Shown here: in pieces, positions 63,303 through 64,000 of the stretch
How positions within the stretch are numbered: the stretch's first letter is position 1
Layout of the letters: every line of letters starts with the position of its first letter
Assembly: GCA_018240325.1 (NCBI GenBank)
Contig: JAFEFZ010000192.1
Coordinates: 1,611-65,610 of the forward strand
DNA from: Pseudomonadota bacterium
Lineage (GTDB): Bacteria > Pseudomonadota > Gammaproteobacteria > Burkholderiales > Burkholderiaceae_C
Reading direction: 5' to 3'
DNA length: 64,000 nucleotides
Made by a program: the position numbers and the translations under genes
Notes under the pieces: model-generated
What the model was told of the DNA's origin: nothing
What the model saw: the letters and a program-made list of their open reading frames with translations, nothing else
The model's database searches: none

Positions 63303-64000
63303 TCAGTTCCTGCCGCCGCCCTGGTTGCAGTCGCGCTCGTCGGTGCGGATCACCTGGGTGACCTGGTTCTGGTTGACCGCCACGCGCTGGCACTCCCTGA
63401 ACCGTGGGTGCCACCAGAACTGCCAGAAGCCGCCGCCGCGGGCCGATTCGCTGCCGCTGAGCACGTAGCCGCGGTTGTTCAACTCGCGCGACGCGAAGCC
63501 CGCGTCGCGCCCGACCAGGTCGCTCGGGTCGCGGCCGCCCCAGGGCCCGGTACTGCCGCCGCTGCCGCCGCCCTGGCCGCAGTCGCCCGCGCCGGTCTCG
63601 ATGATCTGCGTGACCTGGTTGTTGTTCACCGCTACGCGCTGGCACAGCGCGAGCCGTGCGTGCCACCAGAACTGCCAGAAGCCGCCGCCGCGCGCCGATT
63701 CGCTGCGGCTGAGCGCGTAGCCGCGCCGCGTCAGCTCGCGCGCAGCGGAGTCGGCGTCGCGAAACACCAGGTCGCTCGGATCGCGCTCGTTCGACGGCCG
63801 GTTGCCGCCGCCGTGGCCGCCCTGGCCGCAGTCGCCCGCGCCGGTTTCGATGACCTGCGTGACGCGGTCGCCGTTCACCGCCACGCGCTGGCACAGCGCC
63901 AACCGCGCGTGCCACCAGAACTGCCAGAAGCCGCCGCCGCGCGCCGATTCGCTGCGGCTGAGCACGTAGCCGCGCCGCGACATTTCGCGCGAAGCCGAGC
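63303..64000 (-). CDS. Tandem repeat-domain protein, 5' end outside the window
   Basis: The frame is open to the window edge. At least three units of about 83 aa: SDLV.RDA..A.REL..RGY.LS.SESARGGGFWQFWWH....CQRVAVN...VTQ.I.T...DC, joined by Gly-rich linkers. Confidence 0.85.
   Translation of the reverse strand, partial: SASREMSRRGYVLSRSESARGGGFWQFWWHARLALCQRVAVNGDRVTQVIETGAGDCGQGGHGGGNRPSNERDPSDLVFRDADSAARELTRRGYALSRSESARGGGFWQFWWHARLALCQRVAVNNNQVTQIIETGAGDCGQGGGSGGSTGPWGGRDPSDLVGRDAGFASRELNNRGYVLSGSESARGGGFWQFWWHPRFRECQRVAVNQNQVTQVIRTDERDCNQGGGRN

Noticed and set aside
63303-64000. CRISPR-like or DGR-like repeats
   Set aside because: The repeats are ~250-nt in-frame protein domains. There are no unique spacers, cas genes or reverse transcriptase.
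1-64000. tRNA, rRNA, CRISPR arrays, prophage or integrase genes
   Set aside because: None were seen when reading both strands. A tRNAscan or CRISPR-finder run would confirm this.

Overview
Very GC-rich betaproteobacterial (Burkholderiales, Rubrivivax/Piscinibacter-like) chromosomal segment with about 60 genes. Left to right: type IV minor-pilin genes, nrdR-glyA behind a ZMP/ZTP riboswitch, a lytic transglycosylase divergent from ubiD, a DUF218 gene and a DUF748 gene separated by a 167-bp MITE, msrA, pdxH, and an accessory block (OB-fold protein, GNAT, ppk2, OMF-HlyD-DUF3302, DUF3300-DUF2950, SulP, K+ channel, USP-hemerythrin). Next come a MalT-type regulator and an uncharacterised catabolic operon (TauD-like dioxygenase, BKACE, YdeN hydrolase, quinone oxidoreductase, MFS). 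An IS4-family element with clear TIRs and an 11-bp TSD sits at the MFS stop codon. It is followed by YeiH, Bug, pseudoazurin, a porin, fabI-DUF3141, an OprD porin, a VOC-UPF0158 fusion, gloA, corA, a XamI-family restriction-modification pair, GST, GDT1, an MBL hydrolase, tonB-exbB-exbD-exbD-TPR, an RlmN-like paralog, Bug, yceI, a second chaC, and a truncated Cys/Trp repeat-domain protein. No tRNA, rRNA or CRISPR array was found. The best leads are: (1) a repeat-derived 41-aa ORF that bridges the R-M stop/start overlap; (2) the TauD-BKACE pathway with a putative sulfate exporter; (3) a tripartite exporter with no obvious pump, next to DUF3300/DUF2950; (4) a family of modular palindromic intergenic elements. 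All family assignments come from motif recognition by eye; no database searches were run.
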